A model generated the notes under the pieces. It did no database searches. It saw only the letters and a program-made list of their open reading frames with translations, and was not told where the DNA came from. Shown here piece by piece: positions 35,092-36,762 of a stretch of DNA of 36,762 nucleotides (its first letter is position 1; each line of letters opens with the position of its first letter). The translations under genes were made by a program, and so were the position numbers. The stretch is from Planctomycetota bacterium (lineage in GTDB: Bacteria; Planctomycetota; B15-G4; JADJEK01): positions 1 through 36,762 of the forward strand of contig JBGAIQ010000053.1 in the NCBI GenBank assembly GCA_044225365.1, given 5' to 3'.

Positions 35092-36762
35092 TCGACAGCG
35101 GAAATCCACGCTCGCGCGGCGTCCGGATCCTGATCGGGCTCCTCGTCTTCTTGAAATGGACCGCGATCGTCGTCGTGGCCCTCCTCCTGCTCGTGCGCGC
35201 CGTGTTGCCCTTCGCGGCGCCGTATGCGGCGAAGAAGGTCGGCGAAAAGGTCGGTTTCGAGGTCGCACTCGACGATCTCACGCTCTCCGTGTTGGCGGGC
35301 GATCTCGAACTCTCCGGCATCGAGGTGCGGCCTCTTCCCGATCAGGGGATGACTCCGCTCGAGCCGGGCGAGCCCACCTTCGCGCTCGATCGACTTGCCG
35401 TCGACGTGTCGATGAAGGACTTGCTTCACGGCATCGTGCGCGTGAGGTCCGTCGATGTCGAAGGACTGCACGCGTCGGTCGAGCGGAGGAAGGACGGCTC
35501 GCTCGTCCTCCCGAACGCATTGCAGGACCAACTCGACGCCCCGTCGCAGGAAGAGCCCAAGGCCAAGGAGCCGGATGAGCCTGCGAAGCCGTTCGACTTC
35601 TCGATCCCCGTGATCATCGATCGCGTCACGCTCGCCCATCTGCGATTGCACGCTCGCGATCATTCCGTCGAGCCCGCGCTCGATCGCTCTCTCGATGTCG
35701 ACCTGCGAGTCGCAGACGTCGGTCTGGCGGACAAGCCGTTCAAGATCGAGTTGCGGGCCACGGCCCCGCGGCTCCTCGAGTCGCTGCGCGTCGTCGTCGA
35801 CGGTGCGCTTTCGGGTCCGACGGCGAAGATCGGCGTCGGTATCGATATCGCGGGAGTGGGTCTCGATTCGCTCGGGCCGTACCTCTCAGGCAGCGGAATC
35901 GAACCGCTCGCTTCGCGTCTCGATCTCGGGTTGCGCATCGACGCCGCGCTCGACGCAACGAATCGTCCGCCGAAGGAACTCGGAGCCACCGTCTCGCTCA
36001 GCGGGCTGTCGCTGCGCGCCGACCTCCTCGAATCCCTCGGCCTCGACAAGTTCGAAATCAAGGTCGATCGGTTGTCCGATGCGGCGATCGATGTCGGCAA
36101 CGTCGTCCTCGCCGGCCTGCGCGCGGCGGCCGAACGTGAAGCGGACGGCAAACTGCGCGTTGCGGGTCTGCGAATCGATCCCACTGCCCAACCGCCCGCG
36201 TCGACTCCGAGCACGCCAAAGAAGTCGAGCCCGCCCGCCGCGGCCCAATCGGCGAGCAAACCGCCGCCCGTCGTACGCGTTGGATCGGTGCGATTCGACG
36301 ATTTGAAGTTCGCCTTCAAGGACGCGATGCAGTCGCCGCCGATCGCGATCACTCCCACGCTCGTCTTCCTCGCGACTCACGACCTCGTCCTCGACGCGAA
36401 GCCCGCAGAGCATCCGCTCGCGGTCTCGCTCGCTCTCGCGCTTCCCGGCTATCTCGATCGCATCGAACTCGATGCCAAGAGCGCGGTGAATCCCGGCGAC
36501 ACGCGCAGCTTCGCGCTCGACCTCGCTGCGATGGGCATCCACGCCGTGGAATTGAAGCCATGGCTCGACAAGACCGGTATCGAACCGACGATCGTGAACG
36601 GTGAGCTCGCACTCCACACTTCGGGCAATCTGTCGCCCGCACTCGGAGCGCCGAAGCGCATCGATGCGAAATTGACGGGCGTCGCGCTGAAGGACGGTGC
36701 GGAACTGTTCGGGCTCGATGGCGTCGTGGTCGACGGCGTGTCTCTCGCGCCCGACAAGATCG
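35088..36762 (+). CDS. AsmA/DUF748-like protein, N-terminal part (runs off the window)
   Basis: GTG overlapping the upstream TGA. Hand translation MIDSGNPRSRGVRILIGLLVFLKWTAIVVVALLLLVRAVLP...VALDDLTLSVLAGDLELSGIEV...VERRKDGS shows one TM anchor then amphipathic beta strands. Absent from the ORF track, consistent with no stop in the window. Confidence 0.75.
   Translation, partial: MIDSGNPRSRGVRILIGLLVFLKWTAIVVVALLLLVRAVLPFAAPYAAKKVGEKVGFEVALDDLTLSVLAGDLELSGIEVRPLPDQGMTPLEPGEPTFALDRLAVDVSMKDLLHGIVRVRSVDVEGLHASVERRKDGSLVLPNALQDQLDAPSQEEPKAKEPDEPAKPFDFSIPVIIDRVTLAHLRLHARDHSVEPALDRSLDVDLRVADVGLADKPFKIELRATAPRLLESLRVVVDGALSGPTAKIGVGIDIAGVGLDSLGPYLSGSGIEPLASRLDLGLRIDAALDATNRPPKELGATVSLSGLSLRADLLESLGLDKFEIKVDRLSDAAIDVGNVVLAGLRAAAEREADGKLRVAGLRIDPTAQPPASTPSTPKKSSPPAAAQSASKPPPVVRVGSVRFDDLKFAFKDAMQSPPIAITPTLVFLATHDLVLDAKPAEHPLAVSLALALPGYLDRIELDAKSAVNPGDTRSFALDLAAMGIHAVELKPWLDKTGIEPTIVNGELALHTSGNLSPALGAPKRIDAKLTGVALKDGAELFGLDGVVVDGVSLAPDKI

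Overview
High-GC bacterial chromosomal window; gene content and style suggest Planctomycetota or a similar lineage (inference). It holds about 32 tightly packed CDSs. I found no rRNA, tRNA, CRISPR array, integrase or transposase. In order: an Old Yellow Enzyme-type flavin oxidoreductase (partial) and an enolase-superfamily enzyme; a co-oriented run of DMT transporter, sppA, zinc-ribbon membrane protein, zinc-ribbon CPBP protease, ECF sigma, zinc anti-sigma and an exported protein; a polyphosphate locus (ppx, ppk1) whose genes converge with a 207-bp antisense overlap and are flanked by two apparent pseudoenzymes (degenerate Fic, truncated ATP-grasp); a Thr-type sulfatase-like lipoprotein divergent from a radical SAM/Twitch-SPASM enzyme; a copper module (triple Cys-motif lipoprotein, TolC-like protein, Tat multicopper oxidase); an ABC-2 exporter, B12-binding radical SAM, D-amino acid oxidase, COG3014-like lipoprotein, HPF/RaiA-like protein, AT-hook/wHTH protein, MFS, ABM monooxygenase, two more lipoproteins and a partial AsmA/DUF748-like gene. 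The clearest non-coding signal is a family of 13 intergenic REP-like palindromes with compensatory stem covariation, partly arranged as REPIN/BIME-like doublets, plus one GTAG-type REP. All family assignments come from motif recognition by eye, not database searches.
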